A stretch of 64,000 nt of DNA, from the NCBI RefSeq assembly GCF_009914755.1, contig NC_060933.1; one strand, 5' to 3'. The notes below the pieces were generated by a model, which was not told where the DNA came from, made no database searches, and worked only from the letters and a program-made list of their open reading frames with translations. The first letter of the stretch is position 1, and every line of letters starts with the position of its first letter. A program made the translations under genes and the position numbers. Below are positions 41,901 to 57,009 of this stretch, piece by piece. This DNA is from the human T2T-CHM13v2.0 reference genome, Homo sapiens.

Positions 41901-44900
41901 ATTCCATTCCATTCCACTCCATTCCATTGCACTCGGGTTGATTCCATTCCATTCCATTCCATTCCATTCCATTCCGGATGATTCCATTCCATTGCATTCC
42001 GTTCCATTACATTCCCCTGCACTCGCGTTGATTCCATTCCATTCCATTCCATTCCATTCAATTCCATTCCATTACAATTCGTTCCATTCCATTCTATTCC
42101 GTACCATTCCATTCCATTCCATACCATTCCATTCCATTCGATTCCATTCCGTTCCGTTCCATTCCGTTCCATTCCATTCCATTCCATTCTATTCGGGTTA
42201 ATTCCATTCCATTCCATTCAATTCCATTCCATTCTATTCCATTCCATTGCAGTCGAGTTGAATCCATTGCATTTCATTCCATTCCATTCCATTCCATTCC
42301 GGAAGATTCCATTCCATTGCATTCCATTCCATTCCATTCCCCTGCACTGGCGTTGATTCCATTCCGTTACATTCCATTCCATTCCATTCCATTCCGTTCC
42401 GTTCCGTTCCGTTCCGTTCCATTCCATTCCATTCCATTCCGTTCCGTTCCATTCCATTCCATTCCATTCTATTCTGGTTAATTTCATTCCATTCCATTCG
42501 ATTGCAATCGTGTTGATTCCATTCCATTCCATTCCATTCCATTCCATTCCATTGCATTCCATTCCATTCCTTTCCATTCCATTACGGATGATTCCATTCC
42601 ATTGCATTCCATTCCATTCCATTCCCCTGTACTCGGGTTGATTCCATTCCATTGCATTCCAATCCATGCCCTTCCACTCGTGTTGATTCCATTCTTTCCA
42701 TTCCATTCAAGTTGAATCCATTCCATTGCATTCCATTCCATTCGATTCCATTCGATTGCTCTCGGGTTGATTCCATTCCATTGCATTCCATTGCATTCCA
42801 TTCCATTCCATTCCATTCCGTTCCATTCCATTCCATTACATTCGGATTGATTCTATTCAATTCCCTTACACTCCATTACATTCCATTCCATTTGGGTAGT
42901 TTCCATTCCATTCCATTCCATTCCATTCCATTCCATTGTACTCGGGTTGATTCCATTCCATTGCATTCCATTCCATTCCATTCCATTCCATTCCGTTGCA
43001 TTCCATTCCATTACATTCGGATTGATTCTATTCAACTCCCTTACTCTCCATTCCATTCCATTCCATTCGGGTTGTTCCATTCCATTCCATTCCATTCCAC
43101 TCCATTCCATTGCACTCGGGTTGATTCCATTCCATTCCATTCCATTCCATTCCATTCCATTCCATTCCGGAAGATTCCATTCCATTGCATTCCATTCCAT
43201 TCCATTCCCCTGCACTCGCGTTGATTCCATTCCATTCCATTCCATTCCATTCCATTCCATTCCATTCCATTCCTTTCCATTCCATTCCATTCCATTCCAT
43301 TCCGTTCCGTTCCGTTCCGTTCCATTCCATTCCATTCCATTCTATTCGGGTTAATTCCATTCCATTCCATTCGATTGCAATCGAGTTGATTCCATTCCAT
43401 TCCATTCCATTCCATTCCATTCCATTCCATTCCATTCCTTTCCATTCCATTACGGATGATTCCATTCCATTGCATTCCATTCCATTCCATTCCCCTGTAC
43501 TCGGGTTGATTCCATTCCATTCCATTCCAATCCATGCCATTCCACTCGTGTTGATTCCATTCTTTCCATTCCATTCAAGTTGAATCCATTCCATTGCATT
43601 CCATTCCATTCCATTCCCCTGCAGTCTGGTTGATTCCATTCCATTCGATTCCATTCCATTCCATTCCATTCCATTCCGTTCCGTTCCGTTCCACTGCATT
43701 CCATTCCTTTCTACTCGGGATAATTCCATTCCATTCCATTCCATTCCATTCCATTCCAATCGAGTTGATTCTATTCCATTCCATTCCATTCCATTCCATT
43801 CCATTCCAGTCCTTTCCATTCCATTCCACTCGGGTTGATTCCATTCTATTACTTTCCATTCCATTCCATTCCTTTCCATTCCACTCTGGTTGATTCCATT
43901 CCTTTCCATTCCACTCGAATACATTCCCTCCTATTCCACTCGGAACGGTTCCATTCCATTCCATTCCATTCCATTCCATTCCATTCCATTCCATTCCATT
44001 TCGTTCCATTCCATTCTATTCCGTATCCTTCCATTCCATTCCATTCCATTCCATTCCATTCCATTGTACTCGGGTTGATTCCACTCCATTGCATTCCATT
44101 CCATTCTATTCCATTCCATTCCGTTGCATTCCATTCCATTACATTCGGATTGATTCTATTCAACTCCCTTACTCTCCATTACATTGCATTCCATTCGGGT
44201 TGTTCCATTCCATTCCATTCCATTCCACTCCATTCCATTGCACTCGTGTTGATTCCATTCCATTCCATTCCATTCCATTCCATTCCGGATGATTCCATTC
44301 CATTGCATTCCGTTCCATTACATTCCCCTGCACTCGCGTTGATTCCATTCCATTCCATTCCATTCCATTCAATTCCATTCCATTACAATTCGTTCCATTC
44401 CATTCTATTCCGTACCATTCCATTCCATTCCATACCATTCCATTCCACTCCATTCCATTCCATTCCGTTCCATTCCGTTCCATTCCATTCCATTCCATTC
44501 TATTCGGATTAATTCCATTCCCTTCCATTCCATTCCATTCTATTCCATTCCATTGCAATCGAGTTGAATCCATTGCATTTCATTCCATTCCATTCCATTC
44601 CATTCCATTCCGGAATATTCCATTCCATTGCATTCCATTCCATTCCATTCCCCTGCACTCGCGTTGATTCCATTCCATTCCATTCCATTCCGTTCTGTTC
44701 CATTGCATTCCATTCCATTCCATTCCGTTCTGTTCCATTCCATTCCATTCTATTCTATTCGGGTTAATTCCATTCCATTCCATTCGATTGCAATCGAGTT
44801 GATTCCATTCCATTCCATTCCATTCCATTCCATTCCATTCCTTTCCATTCCATTACGGATGATTCCATTCCATTGCATTCCATTCCATTCCATTCCCCTG

Positions 44901-47900
44901 TACTCGGGTTGATTCCATTCCATTCCATTCCAATCCATGCCATTCCACTCGTGTTGTTTCCATTCTTTCCATTCCATTCAAGTTGATTCCATTCCATTGC
45001 ATTCCATTCCATTCGATTCCATTCGATTGCACTCGGGTTGATTCCATTCCATAGCATTCCATTCCATTCCATTCCATTCCATTCCATTCCATTCCATTCC
45101 ATTCCATTGCATTCGGATTGATTCTATTCAATTCCCTTACACTCCATTACATTCCATTCCATTCGGGTAGTTTCCACTCCATTCCATTCCATTCCTCTCC
45201 ATTCCATTGCACTCGGGTTGATTCCATTCCATTGCATTCCATTCCATTCCATTCAATTACATTCCGTTCCATTCCATTCCATTACATTCGGATTGATTCT
45301 ATTCAACTCCCTTACTCTCCATTACATTCCATTCCATTCGGGTTGTTCCATTCCATTCCATTCCATTCCACTCCATTCCATTGCACTCGGGTTTATTCCA
45401 TTCCATTCCATTCCATTCCATTCCATTCCATTCCAAAACATTCCATTCCATTGCATTCCATTCCATTCCATTCCCCTGCACTCGCGTTCATTCCATTCCA
45501 TTCCATTCCATTCCATTCCATTCCTTTCCGTTCCATTCCATTCCATTCCATTCCGTTCCGTTCCGTTCCGTTCCGTTCCGTTGCATTCCATTCCATTCCA
45601 TTCCATTCCATTCCATTCCGTTCCTTTCCGTTCCATTCCATTCCATTCCACTCTATTCGGGTTAATTCCATTCCATTCCATTCCATTCCATTCCATTCCA
45701 TTCCAATCGAGTTGATTCCATTCCATTCCATTCCACTCCATTCCAGTCCTTTCCATTCCATTCCACTCGGGTTGATTCCAATGTATTCCTTTCCATTCCA
45801 TTCCATTCCATTGCAATCGAGTTGATTCCATTGCTTTGCATTCCATTCCATTCCATTCCATTCCGGATGATTCCATTCCATTGCATTCCATTCCATTCCA
45901 TTCCCCTGCACTCGGGTTGATTCCATTCCATTCCACTCCATTCCGTTCCATTCCATTCCATTCCATTCCATTGTATTCAGGTTAATTCCATTCCATTCCA
46001 TTCCATTCCATTCCATTCCATTCCATTACAATCGAGTTGATTCCATTCCATTCCATTCCATTCCATTCCATTCCATTCCAGTCCTTTCCATTCCATTCCA
46101 CTCGGGTTGATTCCATTCTATTAGTTTCCATTCCATTCCATTCCCTTCCATTCCACTCTGGTTGATTCCATTCCTTTCCATTCCACTCGAATACATTCCT
46201 TCCTGTTCCACTCGGAACGATTCCATTCCATTCCATTCCATTCCATTCCATTCCATTCCATTCCATTCCATTTCGTTCCATTCCATTCTATTCCGTATCA
46301 TTCCATTCCATTCCATTCTATTCCATTCCATTCCTTTCCATTCCATTCGGTTTGAAGGCATTCCATTCCATTCCATTCCATTCCATTCCATTCCATTCCA
46401 TTCCATTGTACTCGGGTTGATTCCATTCCATTGCATTCCATTCCATTCCATTCCATTCCATTCCGTTGCATTCCATTCCATTACATTCAGATTGATTCTA
46501 TTCAACTCCCTTACGCTCCATTACATTCCATTCCATTCGGGTTGTTCCATTCCATTCCATTCCATTCCACTCCATTCCATTGCACTCGGGTTGTTTCCAT
46601 TCCATTCCATTCCATTCCATTCCATTCCATTCCATTCCGGATGATTCCATTCCATTGCATTCCGTTCCATTACATTCCCCTGCACTCGCGTTGATTCCAT
46701 TCCATTCCATTCAATTCCATTCCATTACAATTCGTTCCATTCCATTCTATTCCGTACCATTCTATTCCATTCCAATCCATTCCATTCCATTCCATTCCAT
46801 TCCATTCCGTTCCATTCCGTTCCATTGCATTCCATTCCATTCTATTCGGGTTAATTCCATTCCATTCCATTCTATTCCATTCCATTGCAATCGAGTTGAA
46901 TCCATTGCATTTCATTCCATTCCATTCCATTCCATTCCATTCCATTCCGGAGGATTCCATTCCATTGCATTCCATTCCATTCCATTCCCCTACACTCGCG
47001 TTGAATCCATTCCATTCCATTCCATTCCATTCCATTCCGTTCCGTTCCATTCCATTCCATTCCATTCCATTCCGTTCCATTCCATTCCATTCCATTCCAT
47101 TCTATTCGGGTTAATTCCATTCCATTCCATTCGATTGCAATCGAGTTGATTCCATTCCATTCCATTCCATTCCATTCCATTCCATTCCATTCCTTTCCAT
47201 TCCATTACGGATGATTCCATTCCATTGCATTCCATTCCATTCCATTCCCCTGTACTCGGGTTGATTCCATTCCATTCCATTCCAATCCATGCCATTCCAC
47301 TCGTGTTGATTCCATTCTTTCCATTCCATTCAAGTTGAATCCATTCCATTGCATTCAATTCCATTCGATTCCATTCGATTGCACTCGGGTTGATTCCATT
47401 CCATTCCATTCCATTCCATTCCATTCCATTCCGTTCCATTCCATTCCATTACATTCGGATTGATTCTATTCAATTCCCTTACACTCCATTACATTCCATT
47501 CCATTCGGGTATTTTCCACTCCATTCCATTCCATTCCTCTCCATTCCATTGCACTCGGGTTGATTCCATTCCATTGCATTCCATTCCATTCCATTCAATT
47601 CCATTCCGTTCCATTCCATTCCATTACATTCGGATTGATTCTATTCAACTCCCTTACTCTCCATTACATTCGATTCCATTCGGGTTGTTCCATTCCATTC
47701 CATTCCATTCTACCCCATTCCATTGCACTCGGGTTGATTCCTTTCCATTCCATTCCATTCCGGAAGATTCCATTCCATTACATTCCATTACATTCCATTC
47801 CCCTGCACTCCCGTTGATTCCATTCCATTCCATTCCATTCCATTCCATTCCATTCCTTTCCGTTCCATTCCATTCCATTCCATTCCATTCCATTCCATTC

Positions 47901-47905
47901 CATTC
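35991..47905 (-). repeat. ~11.9 kb recent tandem duplication, copy 2
   Basis: Same evidence as copy 1. It begins after the (CATTC)n run at ~35951-35990 with CCGGAAG (matches 24004, offset 11988 before a 55-bp indel) and ends in the (CATTC)n run at ~47865-47905. Confidence 0.93.
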
Positions 47906-49809
47906 CGTTCCGTTCTGTTCCATTCCATTCCATTCCATTCTATTCGGGTTAATTGCATTCCATTCCATTCGATTGCAATCGAGTTGATTCCAATCCATTC
48001 CATTCCATACCATTCCATTCCATTCCATTCCATTCCATTCCATTCCATTCCATTCCATTCCGTTCCATTCCGTTCCGTTCCATTCCATTCCATTCTATTC
48101 GGGTTAATTCCATTGCATTCCATTGCATTCCATTCTATTCCTTTCCATTGCAATCGAGTTGAATCCATTGCATTTCATTCCATTCCATTCCATTCCATTC
48201 CGGAAGATTCCATTCCATTGCATTCCATTCCATTCCATTCCCCTGCACTCGCGTTGATTCCATTCCGTTCCATTCCATTCCATTCCATTCCATTCCGTTC
48301 CTTTCCGTTCCATTCCATTCCATTCTATTCGGGTTAATTCCATTCCATTCCATTCGATTGCAATCGTGTTGATTCCATTCCATTCCATTCCATTCCATTC
48401 CATTCCATTCCATTCCATTCCTTTCCATTCCATTACGGATGATTCCATTCCATTGCATTCCATTCCATTCCATTCCCCTGTACTCGGGTTGATTCCATTC
48501 CATTGCATTCCAATCCATGCCCTTCCACTCGTGTTGATTCCATTCTTTCCATTCCATTCAAGTTGAATCCATTCCATTGCATTCCATTCCATTCGATTCC
48601 ATTCGATTGCACTCGGGTTGATTCCATTCCATTGCATTCCATTCCATTCCATTCCGTTTCATTCCATTCCATTACATTCGGATTGATTCTATTCAATTCC
48701 CTTACACTCCATTACATTCCATTCCATTCGGGTAGTTTCCATTCCATTCCATTCCATTCCTCTCCATTCCATTGCACTCGGGTTGATTCCATTCCATTGC
48801 ATTCCATTCCATTCCATTCAATTCCATTGCGTTCCATTCCATTCCATTACATTCGGATTGATTCTATTCATCTCCCTTAGTCTCCATTACATTCCATTCC
48901 ATTCGGGTTGTTCCATTCCATTCCATTCCATTCCACTCCATTCCATTGCACTCGGGTTGATTCCATTCCATTCCATTCCATTCCATTCCATTCCATTCCG
49001 GAAGATTCCATTCCATTGCATTCCATTCCATTACATTCCCCTGCACTCGCGTTGATTCCATTCCATTCCATTGCATTCCATTCCATTCCATTCCATTCCT
49101 TTCCATTCCATTCCATTCCATTCCATTCCATTCCGTTCCGTTGCGTTCCATTCCATTCCATTCCATTCTATTCGTGTTAATTCCATTCCATTCCATTCGA
49201 TTGCAATCGAGTTGATTGCATTCCATTCCATTCCATTCCATTCCATTCCATTCCATTCCATTCCATTCCATTCCTTTCCATTCCATTACGGATGATTCCA
49301 TTCCATTGCATTCCATTCCATTCCATTCCCCTGTACTCGGGTTGATTCTATTCCATTCCATTCCAATCCATGCGATTCCACTCGTGTTGATTCCATTCTT
49401 TCCATTCCATTCAAGTTGAATCCATTCCATTGCATTCCATTCCATTCCATTCCCCTGCAGTCGGGTTGATTCCATTCCATTCCATTCCATTCCATTCCAT
49501 TCCATTCCATTCCGTTCCGTTCCGTTCCATTGCATTCCATTCCTTTCTACTCGGGTTAATTCCATTCCATTCCATTCCATTCCATTCCATTCCAATCGAG
49601 TTGATTCCATTCCATTCCATTCCATTCCATTCCACTCCATTCCAGTCCTTTCCAAACCATTCCACTCGGGTTGATTCCAATGTATTCCTTTCCATTCCAT
49701 TCCATTCCATTGCAATCGAGTTGATTCCATTGCTTTGCATTCCATTCCATTCCATTCCATTCCAGATGATTCCATTCCATTGCATTCCATTCCATTCCAT
49801 TGCATTCCA

Positions 49810-52800
49810 TTCCATTCCGTTTCATTCCATTCCATTACATTCGGATTGATTCTATTCAATTCCCTTACACTCCATTACATTCCATTCCATTCGGGTAGTT
49901 TCCATTCCATTCCATTCCATTCCTCTCCATTCCATTGCACTCGGGTTGATTCCATTCCTTTGCATTCCATTCCATTCCATTCAATTCCATTCCGTTGCAT
50001 TCCATTCCATTACATTCGGATTGATTCTATTCAACTCCCTTACTCTCCATTACATTCCATTCCATTCGGGTTGTTCCATTCCATTCCATTCCATTCCACT
50101 CCATTCCATTGCACTCGTGTTGATTCCATTCCATTCCATTCCATTCCATTCCATTCCGGATGATTCCATTCCATTGCATTCCGTTCCATTACATTCCCCT
50201 GCACTCGCGTTGATTCCATTCCATTCCATTCAATTCCATTCCATTACAATTCGTTCCATTCCATTCTATTCCGTACCATTCCATTCCATTCCATACCATT
50301 CCATTCCACTGCATTCCATTCCATTCCGTTCCATTCCGTTCCATTCCATTCCATTCCATTCTATTCGGATTAATTCCATTCCATTCCATTCCATTCCATT
50401 CTATTCCATTCCATTGCAATCGAGTTGAATCCATTGCATTTCATTCCATTCCATTCCATTCCATTCCATTCCGGAATATTCCATTCCATTGCATTCCATT
50501 CCATTCCATTCCCCTACACTCGCTTTGATTCCATTCCATTCCATTCCATTCCGTTCCGTTCCATTGCATTCCATTCCATTCCATTCCGTTCTGTTCCATT
50601 CCATTCCATTCTATTCTATTCGGGTTAATTCCATTCCATTCCATTCGTTTGCAATCGAGTTGATTCCATTCCATTCCATTCCATTCCATTCCATTCCATT
50701 CCTTTCCATTCCATTACGGATGATTCCATTCCATTGCATTCCATTCCATTCCATTCCCCTGTACTCGGGTTGATTCCATTCCATTCCATTCCAATCCATG
50801 CCATTCCACTCGTGTTGTTTCCATTCTTTCCATTCCATTCAAGTTGATTCCATTCCATTGCATTCCATTCCATTCGATTCCATTCGATTGCACTCGGGTT
50901 GATTCCATTCCATAGCATTCCATTACATTCCATTCCATTCCATTCCATTCCATTCCATTGCATTCGGATTGATTCTATTCAATTCCCTTACACTCCATTA
51001 CATTCCATTCCATTCGGGTACTTTCCACTCCATTCCATTCCATTCCTCTCCATTCCATTGCACTCGGGTTGATTCCATTCCATTGCATTCCATTCCATTC
51101 CATTCAATTCCATTCCGTTCCATTCCATTCCATTACATTCGGATTGATTCTATTCAACTCCCTTACTCTCCATTACATTCGATTCCATTCGGGTTGTTCC
51201 ATTCCATTCCATTCCATTCTACTCCATTCCATTGCACTCGGGTTGATTCCTTTCCATTCCATTCCATTCCGGAAGATTCCATTCCATTACTTTCCATTAC
51301 ATTCCATTCCCCTGCACTCGCGTTGATTCCATTCCATTCCATTCCATTCCATTCCTTTCCGTTCCATTCCATTCCATTCCAATCCATTCCATTCCATTCC
51401 ATTCCGTTCCGTTCTGTTCCATTCCATTCCATTCCATTCTATTCGGGTTAATTGCATTCCATTCCATTCGATTGCAATCGAGTTGATTCCAATCCATTCC
51501 ATTCCATACCATTCCATTCCATTCCATTCCATTCCATTCCATTCCATTCCATTCCATTCCGTTCCATTCCGTTCCATTCCATTCCATTCCATTCTATTCG
51601 GGTTAATTCCATTCCATTCCATTGCATTCCATTCTATTCCATTCCATTGCAATCGAGTTGAATCCATTGCATTTCATTCCATTCCATTCCATTCCATTCC
51701 GGAAGATTCCATTCCATTGCATTCCATTCCATTCCATTCCCCTGCACTCGCGTTGATTCCATTCCGTTCCATTCCATTCCATTCCATTCCATTCCATTCC
51801 GTTCCTTTCCGTTCCATTCCATTCCATTCTATTCGGGTTAATTCCATTCCATTCCATTCGATTGCAATCGTGTTGATTCCATTCCATTCCATTCCATTCC
51901 ATTCCATTCCATTCCTTTCCATTCCATTACGGATGATTCCATTCCATTGCATTCCATTCCATTCCATTCCCCTGTACTCGGGTTGATTCCATTCCATTGC
52001 ATTCCAATCCATGCCCTTCCACTCGTGTTGATTCCATTCTTTCCATTCCATTCAAGTTGAATCCATTCCATTGCATTCCATTCCATTCGATTCCATTCGA
52101 TTGCACTCGGGTTGATTCCATTCCATTGCATTCCATTCCATTCCATTCCATTCCATTCCATTCCGTTTCATTCCATTCCATTACATTCGGATTGATTCTA
52201 TTCAATTCCCTTACACTCCATTACATTCCATTCCATTCGGGTAGTTTCCATTCCATTCCATTCCATTCCTCTCCATTCCATTGCACTCGGGTTGATTCCA
52301 TTCCATTGCATTCCATTCCATTCCATTCAATTCCATTCCGTTCCATTCCTTTCCATTACATTCGGATTGATTCTATTCAACTCCCTTACTCTCCATTACA
52401 TTCGATTCCATTCGGGTTGTTCCATTACATTCCATTCCATTCTACTCCATTCCATTGCACTCGGGTTGATTCCTTTCCATTCCATTCCATTCCGGAAGAT
52501 TCCATTCCATTACATTCCATTACATTCCATTCCCCTGCACTCGCGTTGATTCCATTCCATTCCATTCCATTCCATTCCATTCCATTCCATTCCTTTCCGT
52601 TCCATTCCATTCCATTCCATTCCATTCCATTCCGTTCCGTTCTGTTCCATTCCATTCCATTCCATTCTATTCGGGTTAATTGCATTCCATTCCATTCGAT
52701 TGCAATCGAGTTGATTGCAATCCATTCCATTCCATACCATTCCATTCCATTCCCTTCCATTCCATTCCATTCCATTCCGTTCCATTCCTTTCCATTCCAT

Positions 52801-55800
52801 TCCATTCCATTCTATTCGGGTTAATTCCATTCCATTCCATTGCATTCCATTCTATTCCATTCCATTGCAATCGAGTTGAATCCATTGCATTTCATTCCAT
52901 TCCATTCCATTCCATTCCGGAAGATTCCATTCCATTGCATTCCATTCCATTCCATTCCCCTGCACTCGCGTTGATTCCATTCCGTTCCATTCCATTCCAT
53001 TCCATTCCATTCCGTTCCTTTCCGTTCCATTCCATTCCATTCTATTCGTTTTAATTCCATTCCATTCCATTCGATTGCAATCGTGTTGATTCCATTCCAT
53101 TCCATTCCATTCCATTCCATTCCATTCCTTTCCATTCCATTACGGATGATTCCATTCCATTGCATTCCATTCCATTCCATTCCCCTGTAGTCGGGTTGAT
53201 TCCATTCCATTGCATTCCAATCCATGCCCTTCCACTCGTGTTGATTCCATTCTTTCCATTCCATTCAAGTTGAATCCATTCCATTGCATTCCATTCCATT
53301 CGATTCCATTCGATTGCACTCGGGTTGATTCCATTCCATTGCATTCCATTCCATTCCATTCCATTCCATTCCATTCCGTTTCATTCCATTCCATTACATT
53401 CGGATTGATTCTATTCAATTCCCTTACACTCCATTACATTCCATTCCATTCGGGTAGTTTCCATTCCATTCCATTCCATTCCTCTCCATTCCATTGCACT
53501 CGGGTTGATTCCATTCCATTGCATTCCATTCCATTCCATTCAATTCCATTCCGTTGCATTCCATTCCATTACATTCGGATTGATTCTATTCAACTCCCTT
53601 ACTCTCCATTACATTCCATTCCATTCGGGTTGTTCCATTCCATTCCATTCCATTCCACTCCATTCCATTGCACTCGTGTTGATTTCATTCCATTCCATTC
53701 CATTCCATTCCATTCCGGATGATTCCATTCCATTGCATTCCGTTCCATTACATTCCCCTGCACTCGCGTTGATTCCATTCCATTCCATTCCATTCCATTC
53801 AATTCCATTCCATTACAATTCGTTCCATTCCATTCTATTCCGTACCATTCCATTCCATTCCATACCATTCCATTCCACTCCATTCCATTCCATTCCGTTC
53901 CATTCCGTTCCATTCCATTCCATTCCATTCTATTCGGATTAATTCCATTCCATTCCATTCCATTCCATTCTATTCCATTCCATTGCAATCGGGTTGAATC
54001 CATTGCATTTCATTCCATTCCATTCCATTCCATTCCATTCCGGAATATTCCATTCCATTGCATTCCATTCCATTCCATTCCCCTGCACTCGCGTTGATTC
54101 CATTCCATTCCATTCCATTCCGTTCCGTTCCATTGCATTCCATTCCATTCCATTCCGTTCTGTTCCATTCCATTCCATTCTATTCTCTTCGGGTTAATTC
54201 CATTCCATTCCATTCGATTGCAATCGAGTTGATTCCATTCCATTCCATTCCATTCCATTCCATTCCATTCCATTCCTTTCAATTCCATTACGGATGATTC
54301 CATTCCATTGCATTCCATTCCATTCCATTCCCCTGTACTCGGGTTGATTCCATTCCATTCCATTCCAATCCATGCCATTCCACTCGTGTTGTTTCCATTC
54401 TTTCCATTCCATTCAAGTTGTTTCCATTCCATTGCATTCCATTCCATTCGATTCCATTCGATTGCACTCGGGTTGATTCCATTCCATAGCATTCCATTCC
54501 ATTCCATTCCATTCCATTCCATTCCATTCCATTGCATTCGGATTGATTCTATTCAATTCCCTTACACTCCATTACATTCCATTCCATTCGGGTACTTTCC
54601 ACTCCATTCCATTCCATTCCTCTCCATTCCATTGCACTTGGGTTGATTCCATTCCATTGCATTCCATTCCATTCCATTCAATTCCATTCCGTTCCATTCC
54701 ATTCCATTACATTCGGATTGATTCTATTCAACTCCCTTACTCTCCATTACATTCGATTCCATTCGGGTTGTTCCATTCCATTCCATTCCATTCTACTCCA
54801 TTCCATTGCACTCGGGTTGATTCCTTTCCATTCCATTCCACTCCATTCCGGAAGATTCCATTCCATTACATTCCATTACATTCCATTCCCCTGCACTCGC
54901 GGTGATTCCATTCCATTCCATTCCATTCCATTCCATTCCATTCCATTCCTTTCCGTTCCATTCCATTCCATTCCATTCCATTCCATTCCATTCCATTCCG
55001 TTCCGTTCTGTTCCATTCCATTCCATTCCATTCTATTCGGGTTAATTACATTCCATTCCATTCGATTGCAATCGAGTTGATTCCAATCCATTCCATTCCA
55101 TACCATTCCATTCCATTCCATTCCATTCCATTCCATTCCATTCCATTCCATTCCGTTCCATTCCGTTCCATTCCATTCCATTCCATTCTATTCGGGTTAA
55201 TTCCATTCCATTCCATTGCATTCCATTCTATTCCATTCCATTGCAATCGAGTTGAATCCATTGCATTTCATTCCATTCCATTCCATTCCATTCCGGAAGA
55301 TTCCATTCCATTGCATTCCATTCCATTCCATTCCCCTGCACTCGCGTTGATTCCATTCCGTTCCATTCCATTCCATTCCATTCCATTCCGTTCCTTTCCG
55401 TTCCATTCCATTCCATTCTATTCGGGTTAATTCCATTCCATTCCATTCGATTGCAATCGTGTTGATTCCATTCCATTCCATTCCATTCCATTCCATTCCA
55501 TTCCATTCCTTTCCATTCCATTACGGATGATTCCATTCCATTGCATTCCATTCCATTCCATTCCCCTGTACTCGGGTTGATTCCATTCCATTGCATTCCA
55601 ATCCATGCCCTTCCACTCGTGTTGATTCCATTCTTTCCATTCCATTCAAGTTGAATCCATTCCATTGCATTCCATTCCATTCGATTCCATTCGATTGCAC
55701 TCGGGTTGATTCCATTCCATTGCATTCCATTCCATTCCATTCCATTCCATTCCATTCCGTTTCATTCCATTCCGTTACATTCGGATTGATTCTATTCAAT

Positions 55801-56985
55801 TCCCTTACACTCCATTACATTCCATTCCATTCGGGTAGTTTCCATTCCATTCCATTCCATTCCTCTCCATTCCATTGCACTCGGGTTGATTCCATTCCAT
55901 TGCATTCCATTCCATTCCTTTCAATTCCATTCCGTTCCATTCCATTCCATTACATTCGGATTGATTCTATTCAACTCCCTTACTCTCCATTACATTCGAT
56001 TCCATTCGGGTTGTTCCATTCCATTCCATTCCATTCTACTCCATTCCATTGCACTCGGGTTGATTCCTTTCCATTCCATTCCATTCCGGAAGATTCCATT
56101 CCATTACATTCCATTACATTCCATTCCCCTGCACTCGCGTTGATTCCATTCCATTCCATTCCATTCCATTCCATTCCATTCCTTTCCGTTCCATTCCATT
56201 CCATTCCATTCCATTCCATTCCGTTCCGTTCTGTTCCATTCCATTCCATTCCATTCTATTCGGGTTAATTGCATTCCATTCCATTCGATTGCAATCGAGT
56301 TGATTCCAATCCATTCCATTCCATTCCATTCCATTCCATTCCATTCCATTCCATTCCATTAAATTCCATTCCGTTCCATTCCGTTCCATTCCATTCCATT
56401 CCATTCTATTCGGGTTAATTCCATTCCATTCCATTGCATTCCATTCTATTCCATTCCATTGCAATCGAGTTGAATCCATTGCATTTCATTCCATTCCATT
56501 CCATTCCATTCCGGAAGATTCCATTCCATTGCATTCCATTCCATTCCATTCCCCTGCACTCGCGTTGATTCCATTCCGTTCCATTCCATTCCATTCCATT
56601 CCATTCCGTTCCTTTCCGTTCCATTCCATTCCAGTCTATTCGTTTTAATTCCATTCCATTCCATTCGATTGCAATCGTGTTGATTCCATTCCATTCCATT
56701 CCATTCCATTCCATTCCATTCCTTTCCATTCCATTACGGATGATTCCATTCCATTGCATTCCATTCCATTCCATTCCCCTGTACTCGGGTTGATTCCATT
56801 CCATTGCATTCCAATCCATGCCCTTCCACTCGTGTTGATTCCATTCTTTCCATTCCATTCAATTTGAATCCATTCCATTGCATTCCATTCCATTCGATTC
56901 CATTCGATTGCACTCGGGTTGATTCCATTCCATTGCATTCCATTCCATTCCATTCCATTCCATTCCATTCCATTCCATTCCGTTC
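49810..56985 (-). repeat. 2 x ~3.57-3.59 kb higher-order repeat, each built from three ~1.2 kb subunits
   Basis: The marker CTTTCCATTCCATTCAA occurs at 50826, 52039, 53252, 54400, 55633 and 56846 (spacings 1213, 1213, 1148, 1233, 1213). Variants recur every third unit: GGGTACTTTCCACT at ~51017/~54590, CTATTCGTTTTAATT at ~53042/~56636, CCGGAATATTCC at ~50471/~54040. Confidence 0.88.
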
Positions 56986-57009
56986 CATTCCATTCCATTA
57001 CATTCGGAT

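Noticed and set aside
49810-56985. ~3.6 kb period suggesting Y-chromosome DYZ1
   Set aside because: It is only two local copies built from 1.2 kb subunits, and I saw no once-per-unit HaeIII site (the one GGCC I noticed is at 21612). The size match looks coincidental.
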